A stretch of DNA of 63,151 bases, the filler included, from Octopus bimaculoides (Eukaryota), in NCBI RefSeq assembly GCF_001194135.2. It is 8 parts of 6 records of this genome, joined end to end, with 100 filler letters (N's around TTAATTAATTAA, not from the genome) between each part and the next. Parts side by side here need not be neighbours in the genome. Positions count along the whole stretch, not along the records: positions 1 to 7,517 come from NC_068997.1; positions 7,618 to 11,314 come from NC_068994.1; positions 11,415 to 22,096 come from NC_069000.1; 5 more parts are not named here. One strand, given 5' to 3'. The notes below the pieces were generated by a model, which ran no database searches, was not told the DNA's origin, and was given only the letters and a program-made list of their open reading frames with translations. Positions 1 through 12,333 of this stretch are shown piece by piece. The first letter of the stretch is position 1, and each line of letters begins with the position of its first letter. Both the position numbers and the translations under genes were made by a program.

Positions 1-258
1 TATATATATATATATATATGCTTTAATGTACGCAGTATACTTAGCGTTTACTGGATGAAGTACTATTTTTTTCTTGATCTTACCTTAACTGAACACTAAA
101 CTATACACACACACACACACACACATTATAAAAACATAGAAAACGAGTCTAAATAAATTAACTTCTAAAAGCATGTGTCGTTGAAACCCCATCGCAAAAA
201 CCAGGTTCCGACCTATAATACAGCTGTTCACTTAAAAAAACACTAACACACACCTTAC

Positions 259-282
259 TTCAACTACACCGACATTTTGTGA
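259..282 (-). other. Candidate 24-nt microexon (SQNVGVVE)
   Basis: Minus strand: pyrimidine-rich run with CGCTAAT, TTCTTTGCCAG|, 24 nt, GAA|GTAAGG. Only phase 0 is open. Confidence 0.2.
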
Positions 283-680
283 CTGGCAAAGAAGCAACGT
301 TCTTTATGGAATTAGCGAACAGAAGACAGAATCGAAGATCGAAGATGAAGAAGTTAGAGAAAAGATAAAACAGAGAGAGACTAAATATATTTGTGTTGTG
401 TTGTTCCATACTTTTGTTTTTAGTTGTTTATTAAACGACCATCTTATAGTGGTTTAAACATAGTGATTATGGGAAAACTACCGATTATGTTAATTATATA
501 TTATTGATAGTCAAACTCAGACGTATGTATACATTTGTGTGCAGGAACGAGGGTATATATATATATATATATATGTATATACATACCGTGCGTAGAATAA
601 GCGACTATAAAGAGGAAAACAGAGATACAAAAAATCATACACTAGGAAGATACATAAAGTTGAATATACATACATATATG

Positions 681-712
<32 letters not shown>

Positions 713-758
713 TATACATATCTATTTATATACATTCATATGTATGTATATAAATGCT

Positions 759-813
<55 letters not shown>

Positions 814-1544
814 GCTCGCATATATGTATATATGCATATGTTTGCAAACATACATATGCGTGCGCGTGTGTATGCATGTGTGTGTGTCGGTGTGTTTTGG
901 CTGTACACTCTAGGTAGGAACAAAACTAAAAAGAATTTAATTCGGCGAAGAATATATACCTTTTTTAGTACATTAACATGCATGTATATGTGCGTGAGGG
1001 AGGGGGCTGGGTTGTGTTTTACGGGTGAATGTGTTTGTAGACATACATAAGTGTATGTATATGTATACTTGTAAATAATTATACGTAAATGCATGCATAC
1101 ACACATACATACAAACATATGTATACATATTTATCTATATGTGGGTATGTATACATTCATATATGTACATATATATATATATTTGTTGTAGTACATTTTG
1201 TTGTGCTAATCATCATCATCGTCGTTGTCATCGTCATCATCGACATGAAAAACAACAACATGACCAACAACAACAATAATAACAAGTTATGCAGTGGAAA
1301 CCAGAAGGAAACCGAAGACACGGTTCTGGAGATTTTGATTGAGCACGACCGCAGTTTCAATGTCTTGCACAAAGTAAAACAGCAATAGGATGTTGCTCCA
1401 GTCTGGTCTTAGAAGTGATGATTAAAAGAAACGGAAAAGGTTTTGAAGGGAGGGAAAAAAATAAGACTGTCCCAGGCAATGGAGATGTTCATAGGCTCCA
1501 CGGCGTATGGACAATTAGCATCGTAATTATAGTGATGGCGACGG

Positions 1545-1588
1545 CGAAGACGACGACGACGACGATGATGATGATGATGACGATCATT

Positions 1589-1647
<59 letters not shown>

Positions 1648-1675
1648 TATCATCATCATCATCATCATCATCATT

Positions 1676-1727
<52 letters not shown>

Positions 1728-1783
1728 ATGGATAAGGAGTGCTAGAATTTTGCATAGTAAACAAACGTAGCAAGGGAGAGAGA

Positions 1784-1825
<42 letters not shown>

Positions 1826-2075
1826 CGTAAAACAGAGAGAAAATGAGAGAGAGATACAGAGAATGAGAATGGGAGCGATAGAGACGGAGAGAAAATACAT
1901 TGGAGGGTAAGAGATAGGAGAGGGAGGGAGAGATAGAAGGAGAGTGGAAAAGAGAGTGAGAGAGAGAGAGAGAGGGAGAAAGAGGTAGTGAGAAGGAGAG
2001 AGAGAGAGGGTGGAAGAAAAGTATTGAAAATATATAGAGAGGAAAATAGAGTGTTACTGAGATAGAGAGAGAAAC
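1545..2075. repeat. Compound microsatellites (GAC/GAT/CAT)n followed by a GA-rich purine tract
   Basis: Seen directly. Representative of many (TA)n, (CA)n, (GA)n, (CATA)n, (TATC)n, (AAT/GAT)n and (TTC)n arrays across the window. Confidence 0.95.
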
Positions 2076-2084
2076 CGCACAGAG

Positions 2085-2331
2085 AATGGTTCCAGTAGTA
2101 CCTGTGTGCACGGTTTCGGTCCCACACAACACTTCCTGCGCCCTTGACATTTTTCTCATCTAATTAGATTAAAATCCCAGAAACACTCCAAGAGAAATTG
2201 GTTAATGTCACGTGACCAGCTAAATTGTCTTCTTCAAAGTCAATTGGATTTCTTCATCAAAGTTAGTGAATATTTCTAATTAGAAGCTGCTATAATTAAG
2301 GACCAAAAAAGGAAACGTGCGCGTGCACACA

Positions 2332-2371
<40 letters not shown>

Positions 2372-2420
2372 TATATATATATGCAAGCGCACTTAAAAAA
2401 TGGCGTGCTGGTAAACCGCT
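2085..2420. promoter_or_regulatory. Candidate regulatory island with a CLEAR/E-box palindrome
   Basis: GTCACGTGAC (2207-2216), several TAATTA sites, YY1-like AAAATGGCG (2397-2405). Confidence 0.3.
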
Positions 2421-2896
2421 TGTGCATTTTATTAAGAAAAAATTTTCTCTTGATATTTTTTTTGTAATTTATTTTTTAAAGCTATTCTTAGTAATTTTCG
2501 TTTTCTTCTTTCTTCAATTCCTCATTTTTTACGGCATCCCAACCGAATCCCAACCCAATCCATTTGGCCACTCTATCATTTCTCAGACTCCATTTCGACA
2601 CACCACCTTTCACACTTCTACACGCAACTTTTTTCCTTTCTAATTTTTTCATTTACCTCTTTCGCGTGCGCAACACACAGTCGCGCGCACACACATGCAT
2701 ATGTATATACACGAACGCATGATACTCCTGCATTCTCTCTCTCTCTCTCTCACTCTCTCTCCCTCTTTCTCTCTCTTCGATATATCTAGTCTTTATCTCT
2801 CGCACTACAAAGCAATTGCCTCCTCTTTTCTCTCTTACACTCTTCCCTCTCTTTCTGAATCTCTCTCTTTTTCTCCTTGAAACACACACATACACA

Positions 2897-2932
<36 letters not shown>

Positions 2933-3189
2933 NNNNNNNNNNNNNNNNNNNNNNNNNNNNNNNNNNNNNNNNNNNNNNNNNNNNNNNNNNNNNNNNNNNN
3001 NNNNNNNNNNNNNNNNNNNNNNNNNNNNNNNNNNNNNNNNNNNNNNNNNNNNNNNNNNNNNNNNNNNNNNNNNNNNNNNNNNNNNNNNNNNNNNNNNNNN
3101 NNNNNNNNNNNNNNNNNNNNNNNNNNNNNNNNNNNNNNNNNNNNNNNNNNNNNATATATATATATGTATATGTATATCTTTGTGTGTGT

Positions 3190-3405
3190 GTCTGTCTGTG
3201 TTTGTCTCCCCGCGGCCATCTCTTGAAAACCGATGTTGGTTTGTTTGTGTCGCCTTAACTTAGCGATTCGGCAAAAGAAACCGATAGAGTAAGTACAAAA
3301 CTTACAAAGAATATGTTCTGAGCTCGATTTCTTCGATTAAAAGCCTTGGAGGCAGTACTCCAGCATGACCACCATCAAATAACTAAAACCACTGATAGAA
3401 AAAAT
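3190..3405 (+). mobile_element. SINE family B tail (further tails near 12020-12250 -, 13150-13290 -, 19790-19960 +, 39940-40125 +, 40830-40930 -)
   Basis: TAACTTAGCGATTCGGCAAAAGAAACCGATAGAGTAAGTAC...TACTCCAGCATGACC. Confidence 0.75.
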
Positions 3406-3449
3406 AAAAGAATTATCAGGAAGTCGCACTTGATCCCTAACTTCCATAT

Positions 3450-3602
3450 TCTTAGTTGTTTCTTGCAATAAACACAAAATAAATTTTTTCATAGACCTTT
3501 AAAATGCTACTGTGGTCCTCCAGTTTACTATTTGGCTTCGTGGACCCTTCAAAATATTATATGAACCCTCAGAGGTCATAAGGACCCGGTTGAGAAACAC
3601 TA
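3450..3602 (-). mobile_element. Partial hAT MITE related to 14816-15685
   Basis: Ends GGACCCGGTTGAGAAACACTA. Reverse-complement similarity to the left part of the 14816 element. Confidence 0.5.
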
Positions 3603-3748
3603 CTTTAGAGGATGTGTGTTATGTACGTTCGAGTCTACAAGAACGGATTGAGAATGAACAAGTACGTTATTGAAGGTATGACGTCTTTAGAAACTGCTAG
3701 CTCGCCATTTTAAATAAAATGAAATAATTCAAAAGCATTTGTAATTAG

Positions 3749-4040
3749 TGGAGGCGCGTGGCTTAGAGGTTAGGGTGATAAACTCATGGTCTTAAGATTG
3801 CGGCTTCGATTCCTTGACGCGTTGTGTTCTTGAGCAATACACTTCATTTCACGCTGGTCTGGTCCCCTCAACTGGAAAAAAAAATGAGTATTCCTGTGAC
3901 GGACCAGCATCCCGTCCAGGGGTTGTAGGGATATATGTGCACCACAGAAGCTGGGAAACCGGGCTTATGAATCTATGTGAATTGGAGGAAGAGTCTTATC
4001 CGTCTGTTAAAAAGAGTGCGGACCGTCTTCAGACATAACA
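3749..4040 (+). mobile_element. tRNA-headed SINE family E (related old copy near 47058-47340)
   Basis: GGAGGCGCGTGGCTTAGAGGTTAGG head, CTTGAGCAATACACTT, CCTGTGACGGACCAGCATCCCGTCCAGGGG central motif. Confidence 0.65.
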
Positions 4041-5035
4041 AGAAGAAAGCAATTCAAAAGCATTTACTGCTAGAAGAGTTCGATCGATCGAACTACTAAC
4101 TCAATGTGTAAATGGTTGAGTATTCCACAGACATATGTTCTCCGAACGTACTTCTCAAACGTAATCATCGTGGAAGATCTCTGATAAGCAGGACTTTTAA
4201 ATTACAGGGACGTTGCATTCAACGAGCTTTCACGCAGTTTCCATCTCCATAATTTCACTTNNNNNNNNNNNNNNNNNNNNNNNNNNNNNNNNNNNNNNNN
4301 NNNNNNNNNNNNNNNNNNNNNNNNNNNNNNNNNNNNNNNNNNNNNNNNNNNNNNNNNNNNNNNNNNNNNNNNNNNNNNNNNNNNNNNNNNNNNNNNNNNN
4401 NNNNNNNNNNNNNNNNNNNNNNNNNNNNNNNNNNNNNNNNNNNNNNNNNNNNNNNNNNNNNNNNNNNNNNNNNNNNNNNNNNNNNNNNNNNNNNNNNNNN
4501 NNNNNNNNNNNNNNNNNNNNNNNNNNNNNNNNNNNNNNNNNNNNNNNNNTATATATATATATATATATATATATGCACCGACACAGGCATAAAAACGCCC
4601 CCAAAGATTGAGCACGCATAGATATAAACATAGATATTTGTGTGTGTAGGTGTATGCATATATAATCGTATTATATGTATGTGTGTGTGTATATATATAT
4701 GTATATATATATATATGTATATATATGTGTGTGTATATTTATATATATATGCGAATGTATATACATACACAGGAATAAATAAACATATATTTTACACACA
4801 CACGCATGCGTTTCCACCCACGTTTATACTGATACGTGTATGGTGAGTGAGTGAATGAGCGTGTATGTGTATGTGTATGTGTGTGCATGTGTGTACGTGC
4901 GTGTATGTGTGTGTGCGCGTGTGTGCATGCGTGCGTGCGTGCGTGCTTGTGTCTTTGTGTGTTCATACGTGTATGCGTCTGCATGTTCACCCACCAACAT
5001 TCGATACTTCTAAAATATGTGTATGTTTGTTTCTG

Positions 5036-5121
<86 letters not shown>

Positions 5122-5259
5122 TGTGACTGTGCATGCATGAGTATGTATGTACGTGTTTGCGTGAAAGCGTGTATGCGTGTGTGTGTATGTGTGTGTGTGT
5201 GTGTGCACGTGTGAATGCGCGTGTGCGTGTGTGATAATGCGTACTTTTCGATATGTCAA

Positions 5260-5495
5260 CGCTTAACTTCCGGATTTCATAGCAGTGTATCCATTACTTG
5301 GTTGGGACGGAACCTGCTACCTGTCATTTATGGACTGAGGCCTTCCTCCGGATAGCGGCACACCTCTGTTACCATGGTAACTGTCAATTAACGAAGCTAC
5401 AGTCGGTTGGTAAAAAACACAGGTGTGTTGTCAGGTGGATCGTTTCTGAAGCCATGTTGAAAAAAAAATCGATGATGGTGAGTCGCCATTTTGAA
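5260..5495. promoter_or_regulatory. Candidate promoter/enhancer island with a perfect RFX X-box
   Basis: GTTACCATGGTAAC (5368-5381), YY1-like CGCCATTTT (5484-92) and AGCCATGTT, TGACAG sites, ETS-like CTTCCGG, Hox/Cdx-like TTTATGG, plus-strand GTGAGT at 5478. Confidence 0.45.
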
Positions 5496-6170
5496 CCAAC
5501 AGTAACTAATACCATTCCTAATACCACTATTACAACCACTACTACCACTAATACAGGCAACATCACCACCATCGCCACTACCACGCCACTAACACCTTTA
5601 CCACCAACACCAACAGCATCAGCCTTACCACCAGGAACAACAACCCCTGCCATTACCACCATCACCATGACAACCACTACCACCTCCATCCCTACCACTG
5701 GTACCGTCACCACCGCTACAACCACTCAAACACCACTACATTACAAACGTCTCCAGTACTACAAACACTGTTACTACTACCACCACTACCACCACCACCA
5801 CCACCACNNNNNNNNNNNNNNNNNNNNNNNNNNNNNNNNNNNNNNNNNNNNNNNNNNNNNNNNNNNNNNNNNNNNNNNNNNNNNNNNNNNNNNNNNNNNN
5901 NNNNNNNNNNNNNNNNNNNNNNNNNNNNNNNNNNNNNNNNNNNNNNNNNNNNNNNNNNNNNNNNNNNNNNNNNNACCACCACCACCACCACCACAACTAC
6001 TATCACTAACAAAATGACTAGAACCACCATCACCACTAACACTAGCACCACCACCACCATCAACAACACCCCGTCATCATCATCATCATCAGCAGCAGAA
6101 GCATCCCCTGCGACATACTATCAGCATCATCACTATCATTATGACCACCTGCTACTAGTCCCCTTATCTT

Positions 6171-6201
<31 letters not shown>

Positions 6202-6622
6202 TAGTTCAAGGGCCAGCATCCAACTAACTACTTTAATTTCTTTCTCAGTATCACACAATCGCTACCGGTTTCTTGGTATATCTTTCTCTTATCGAAACAC
6301 TTTATTATTTAATACGCTTCGAAATATGATCCCACTGTTTTTTATTTAAACAATTAAGCGATACATTGGACGCCATCTTGCGATGAAACTTTTCGTCTAA
6401 CTCATAGGTTAACCTACCTTTGTTCTTTGCTGTACAAGAGTATTAGTGCGAAATTCTTGCACATAATATTCTTACACTCTTGCATATGCGGATACATGTA
6501 TACACGTATACACATATATATAGAAAAGCGTATGTATTAGTGTATTTAAGTATGTACGTTTGTCAGTATATAAACGTGTATATATATATATGTATATGCA
6601 CACGAATACATATATACATTGC

Positions 6623-6680
<58 letters not shown>

Positions 6681-7105
6681 NNNNNNNNNNNNNNNNNNNN
6701 NNNNNNNNNNNNNNNNNNNNNNNNNNNNNNNNNNNNNNNNNNNNNNNNNNNNNNNNNNNNNNNNNNNNNNNNNNNNNNNNNNNNNNNNNNNNNNNNNNNN
6801 NNNNNNNNNNNNNNNNNNNNNNNNNNNNNNNNNNNNNNNNNNNNNNNNNNNNNNNNNNNNNNNNNNNNNNNNNNNNNNNNNNNNNNNNNNNNNNNNNNNN
6901 NNNNNNNNNNNNNNNNNNNNNNNNNNNNNNNNNNNNNNNNNNNNNNNNNNNNNNNNNNNNNNATGCCGACGTGTCTCTCTAATTGAGGACTGTTCCTCTG
7001 TGGAGACAACAGTAATGAACGCCTTCAAAGGACAAGAGAAGAGCACAAAAGAAAATTGTGATGGACAACCTTAGACTTACAAGCAATTAACATTGTATTT
7101 ACGTT

Positions 7106-7154
<49 letters not shown>

Positions 7155-7465
7155 ACGTGCCTTGGTTCAGGCCCGCACATACATACACACATATATTGAC
7201 TCATATACATGCATAGTTTTATATATGTGTGTATATTATATATACATATTTTAATACATACGTACTTACATGCAATCATGCATACATGCACGCACACACA
7301 AACACACATACACAAACATGCACACACATATATCCATATATGTGAATATATGTAGAAATATAACATGTGTATAATGTATGGGTATAAAATATATAATATA
7401 TATTATATATAGTATATTACATATCCTTATTACATTATGTATATATTTACACAGTGTATACAATA

Positions 7466-7517
<52 letters not shown>

Positions 7518-7617
7518 NNNNNNNNNNNNNNNNNNNNNNNNNNNNNNNNNNNNNNNNNNNNTTAATTAATTAANNNNNNNNNNNNNNNNNNNNNNNNNNN
7601 NNNNNNNNNNNNNNNNN
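7518..7617. other. Artificial 100-bp scaffold-join spacer (N44-TTAATTAATTAA-N44); linker also at 11359, 22141, 30118, 53919, 58458, 61528
   Basis: Identical 12-mer with stops in all frames, embedded in fixed-length N runs seven times. Confidence 0.97.
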
Positions 7618-7757
7618 ATATATATATATATATATATATACAGACACACATATACACACATATATATATGTATACACATAGATGTAACCATTCATAGAAA
7701 CGTGCAACTGTGCGTACATGTCGGATGCATTCAAAAATACAAACATACATACATACA

Positions 7758-7791
<34 letters not shown>

Positions 7792-8053
7792 CATACATAC
7801 ATACGTACGTACGTGCGTACATATTTCTAATTCAGGGCATCTGGAAAAACGATTGACAGGATATATAGGAAGCTGTTTCTGAGATAAATTTGAGCCAGTA
7901 TTTCCTTATTACGTAACCCTATAGTAACTAGATAATCCTGATGGCACCGGCTAATCCCTGGTGCCTCCCATAAAATTTACCATAATACGTCCCATGTGAT
8001 TACCAATTATACCACAAACATGAGAGGAAATAGAAGAAACCCGAAAATCAAGG

Positions 8054-8099
<46 letters not shown>

Positions 8100-8134
8100 T
8101 CTACATACACACGCACATTATATATATATATATA

Positions 8135-8192
<58 letters not shown>

Positions 8193-8629
8193 CATGTATA
8201 TATANNNNNNNNNNNNNNNNNNNNNNNNNNNNNNNNNNNNNNNNNNNNNNNNNNNNNNNNNNNNNNNNNNNNNNNNNNNNNNNNNNNNNNNNNNNNNNNN
8301 NNNNNNNNNNNNNNNNNNNNNNNNNNNNNNNNNNNNNNNNNNNNNNNNNNNNNNNNNNNNNNNNNNNNNNNNNNNNNNNNNNNNNNNNNNNNNNNNNNNN
8401 NNNNNNNNNNNNNNNNNNNNNNNNNNNNNNNNNNNNNNNNNNNNNNNNNNNNNNNNNNNNNNNNNNNNNNNNNNNNNNNNNNNNNNNNNNNNNNNNNNNN
8501 NNNNNNNNNNNNNNNNNNNNNNNNNNNNNNNNNNNNNNNNNNNNNNNNNNNNNNNNNNNNNNNNNNNNNNNNNNNNNNNNNNNNNNNNNNNNNNNNNNNN
8601 NNNNNNNNNNNNNTAGCCGATGCCATCGA

Positions 8630-8770
8630 TCCCAGTTCTTGATTGGTGCTTTATTTTATCGAACCCGTTAGGATGAAAGGCAAAGTTGACCTAGGCAGGT
8701 TTGAGCTCAAAACGTAAAGATCCGTAACAAATTCTGCAACTCATTTTGTCTTGCGGTCTCACGATTCAAA
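8630..8770 (-). mobile_element. tRNA-headed SINE family A, degenerate
   Basis: GGATGAAAGGCAAAGTTGACCT signature (reverse orientation). Confidence 0.7.
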
Positions 8771-8792
8771 CAATTAATAACTACTTCAAGAC

Positions 8793-8997
8793 GGCGAGCT
8801 GGCAGAATCGGTAGCACGCCGAGTGAAATGCTTAGCGATATATCGCTCGTCGCTACGTTCTGAGTTCAAATTCCGCCGAGGTCGACTTTCATCCTTTCGG
8901 GGTCGATAAATTAAGTACTAGTCGTGTACTGGGGCCGATATAATCGACTATTCCCTCCCCCAAATTTCAGGCTTTGTACCTACAGTGGAAAGGATTA
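8793..8997 (+). mobile_element. tRNA-headed SINE family A (octopus OK/OR-type)
   Basis: GGCGAGCTGGCAGAATCG (A-box-like) ... GAGTTCAAATTCCGCCGAGGTCGAC (B-box-like). Many copies in the window. Confidence 0.85.
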
Positions 8998-9550
8998 ACA
9001 ACTACTTCAAATTTTGGTGATACATGTGGCGGTTAATGTGTTAACAAATATAAGTAAGAAATAATCCACTGCTTACTAGAATCCCCAGTTAATGTTAAGC
9101 TGTTTCAGGAAACGTTTTAAATTATCTTGTTTTGCGAAATAGACTGGCAAGATTGTCAGATCGTTTTTAATTTCGTGGAATTCAAGTAATACAAAAGTCA
9201 AACAATTACGTAATTTATAAGTACTTTCATCTCATCGCTAATATGCTAGTTGACTCCGAATATTGATTAAAACTATCTATTGTTTACAAGAGAGAAAAAA
9301 AAAATTATAATAAAACGGAAAAGACAAACGATCGACAACATTTTCCATATAAGGGACAGACATCTCCGCGTGTTAAATATGGAAGAACATTTAATTCCTA
9401 ATTTAACTGACAATTAGCGTTTCTGTTATGTTTTCTGAAGAAATATATGACGCTATATAAGGATGTTTTTGACATTGGCTCACTTACGTAATAATAATAA
9501 TAATAATAATAGTAATAATAATAATAATAATAATAGTAATAATAATAATA

Positions 9551-9582
<32 letters not shown>

Positions 9583-10074
9583 AATAACAATGATAATAAT
9601 AATAATAAGAAGAAGAATAAGAATAAAAATAATAATAATAATAATGATATATATAAAATTTAGATTCAGGTGAATATGGTACTTAAGCTTAGACACCAGA
9701 ATTGAGTATGGTATTATCCATACAATTCCAAAATAAGGTGATTAAAATCAAAATAAGCAGCAAGGATATCTATCCTTGCTGCTTATTTTGACTATATATA
9801 TATATAGTTCAAATTTACAGAAAACAAAAGACGAAGACAGGTGAGAAACAGCAAGCAGTCCAAAACATTATCATAAACTTGTTCAAAACGCCCATGCTTG
9901 TTTTCAGACCTGTAGTTTGTCCTGGCTTCATACGTTCTGGGTAATCCAAAACCCTCCATTCATAAGTCCTAACTTACTGTGGTGGTTGCAAAACGATCGG
10001 GAATGTATATTATATACGATGCAACGATGCATGGACGTCAAGGAAATATGTCAAGTGTATCATACGTGATACGA

Positions 10075-10500
10075 GGAGGCGCAATGGCCCAGTGGTTAGG
10101 GCAGCGGACTCGCGGTCATAGGATCGAGGTTTCGATTTCCAGACCGGACGTTGTGAGTGTTTATTGAGCGAAAATGCCTAAAGCTCCACGAGGCTCCGGC
10201 AGGGAATGGTGGCGAACCCTGCTGTACTCTTTCACCACAGCTTTCTCTCACTCTTATTTCCTGTTTCTGTTGTGCCTGTAATTCAAAGGGTTAGCCTTGT
10301 CACACTGTGTCACACTGTGTCACACTGTGTCACACTGTGTCACGCTGAATATCACCGAGAACTACGTTAAGGGTACACGTGTTTGTGGAGTGCTCAGCCA
10401 CTTACACGTTAATCTCACGAGCAGGCTGTTTCGTTGATCGGATCAACTGGAACCCTCGACGTCGTAAGCGACAGAGTGCCAACAACAACAACAACAACAT
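10075..10500 (+). mobile_element. tRNA-headed SINE family D, full length with (AAC)n tail
   Basis: GGAGGCGCAATGGCCCAGTGGTTAGGGCAGCGGACTCGC head, body TACGTTAAGGGTACACGT...GAGTGCTCAGCCAC...GTCGTAAGCGACAGAGTGCC, tail AACAACAAC. Confidence 0.88.
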
Positions 10501-11072
10501 ATGTGATACACAGGACAGGAAAAGGGTTAAAAATAATTAAAATGGTCGATGTGATTTTCGTCTCAAGCGTCACTTTATTTCAATACTAAGCGAAACGTTA
10601 ATACAAACAAAAGAGTAAAAAAATATTTCCTCATATGAACACAGCCACCGTTAATTTGGGAGATTTGAAGGGTTTGCACAGAGGAGTTAGCTAAGCAATT
10701 ATTTTTAGAAAACTGTTCACTGATACAGTGATAATTACTCATGTTAATATGCATAAAGACACACGTGCTTGAGCACGAATTCTCACTTCAGCAATCACGT
10801 TTGTAGACATACATACCTACATATCTACACATAGGATTAATGCCAGTCTCTGTTTAAACTGAATGCCTGTAGCGTTATCACAGATACCCGGATGTAAACT
10901 TCAATTGTTTGCACGTCTTTATTACAAAAGTTTTGAAATGACAGGTGATGTTTTGGGGATTTTGAAGATCAGGGTACAGGTTTTTCCAGCCGATATGCAT
11001 GCATAAACATGTTCAAATACACTTGCCATGTGCGCATAAACACACATACAGAAATGCATAGAAATGTTTATG

Positions 11073-11153
<81 letters not shown>

Positions 11154-11314
11154 TGGCAGCGCAACCAACGTTTTGGCTGCGAGGATGGCCCTCGACCAAC
11201 ACCTCAACGCCAAACACGAAGGTTGCGTCGTCAGAGCTAAAATGCGTGCCTTAAGGAACGAAGGGATCGAAGCTGCGCGAGAAGCACGGGTGGCGGAGGC
11301 GCAACGCGGTAACA
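11154..11314 (+). mobile_element. L1/Tx1-clade LINE ORF2 fragment (endonuclease-RT linker), cut by a gap
   Basis: GC-rich open frame LAARMALDQHLNAKHEGCVVRAKMRALRNEGIEAAREARVAEAQRGN resembles the GAxIRSRxxWxxEGE linker of L1/Tx1 ORF2. Starts directly after (TCTA)n. Confidence 0.5.
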
Positions 11315-11989
11315 NNNNNNNNNNNNNNNNNNNNNNNNNNNNNNNNNNNNNNNNNNNNTTAATTAATTAANNNNNNNNNNNNNNNNNNNNNNNNNNNNNN
11401 NNNNNNNNNNNNNNAAACATACTTTTTCACGTCTGGCTGCATAGCCTTTTCTGTTTGTTTATTTCACCGTTCCGTTTTCCTGTCTTGTTTTCCGTCCGCC
11501 ACTATCCTCCATGGAACAAATTTAATTTGTGTCCGTGGGAAGAGCCATTTTAACGATGCGTCCTGCCCTAGTGTTATAATGGTGGCAACTGATGAAGGAA
11601 ATGTTCTCTATGTGGCCTGTGTGTTTTTGTACCTTGTTTATCATTTTGTCCATGTTTTTTTTTGCAACGTCATGTACCTAGATATGTATCTATACATACA
11701 TGTAGATGAAGGTATGTACATACATGTACATATATATGCATATACTCATATTTTATTTATATATATATATATATCCAGAATTAGGGAATGGAGTAGAGAT
11801 AAAATCCAGGCTACATACGTTTCATAGTTAGTGGAACCTCGGAAGTAGTAATTATCCAAACGAGGGGATAATCCGCTATGTCCTCATCGGGCCAAAAATA
11901 CCTTAATCAAAAGATATTTGCATTGATGTCAAGGGACCCCATGTTGACTCGTGGGAAATTCGATATGTATGTATGTATGTATGTAAGTA

Positions 11990-12024
<35 letters not shown>

Positions 12025-12243
12025 TTTATTTTTTACTTGTTTCGGTTATTCAACTGCGGCCATGCTGAGGCACCACCGTGAAGAATTTTAATCGAACGAA
12101 TCGACTCCAGTACTTACTAACTTACTTTAAATTTTGGTACTTGCTACTACTTATTCTATCGAACTCCTTTGCCGAACCGCTAAGTTTCGGGGGCGTAAAA
12201 GCACCAACACAGATTATGAAGCGGTGGTGAGGGACAAACACAA

Positions 12244-12287
<44 letters not shown>

Positions 12288-12333
12288 GCGCGCACACACA
12301 TACATACATACATACATACATACATACATACAT

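Noticed and set aside
2090-2155. EKCQGRRKCCVGPKPC (WAP/defensin-like) in a minus frame
   Set aside because: An in-frame stop lies immediately upstream, there is no usable acceptor, and the cysteine framework is incomplete.
7562-7573. Regularly recurring TTAATTAATTAA as a CRISPR-like or regulatory repeat
   Set aside because: It is a synthetic scaffolding linker inside fixed N runs.
11589-11610. CTGATGA-AG-GAAA
   Set aside because: There is no room for stem II and no stem III or cleavage triplet.
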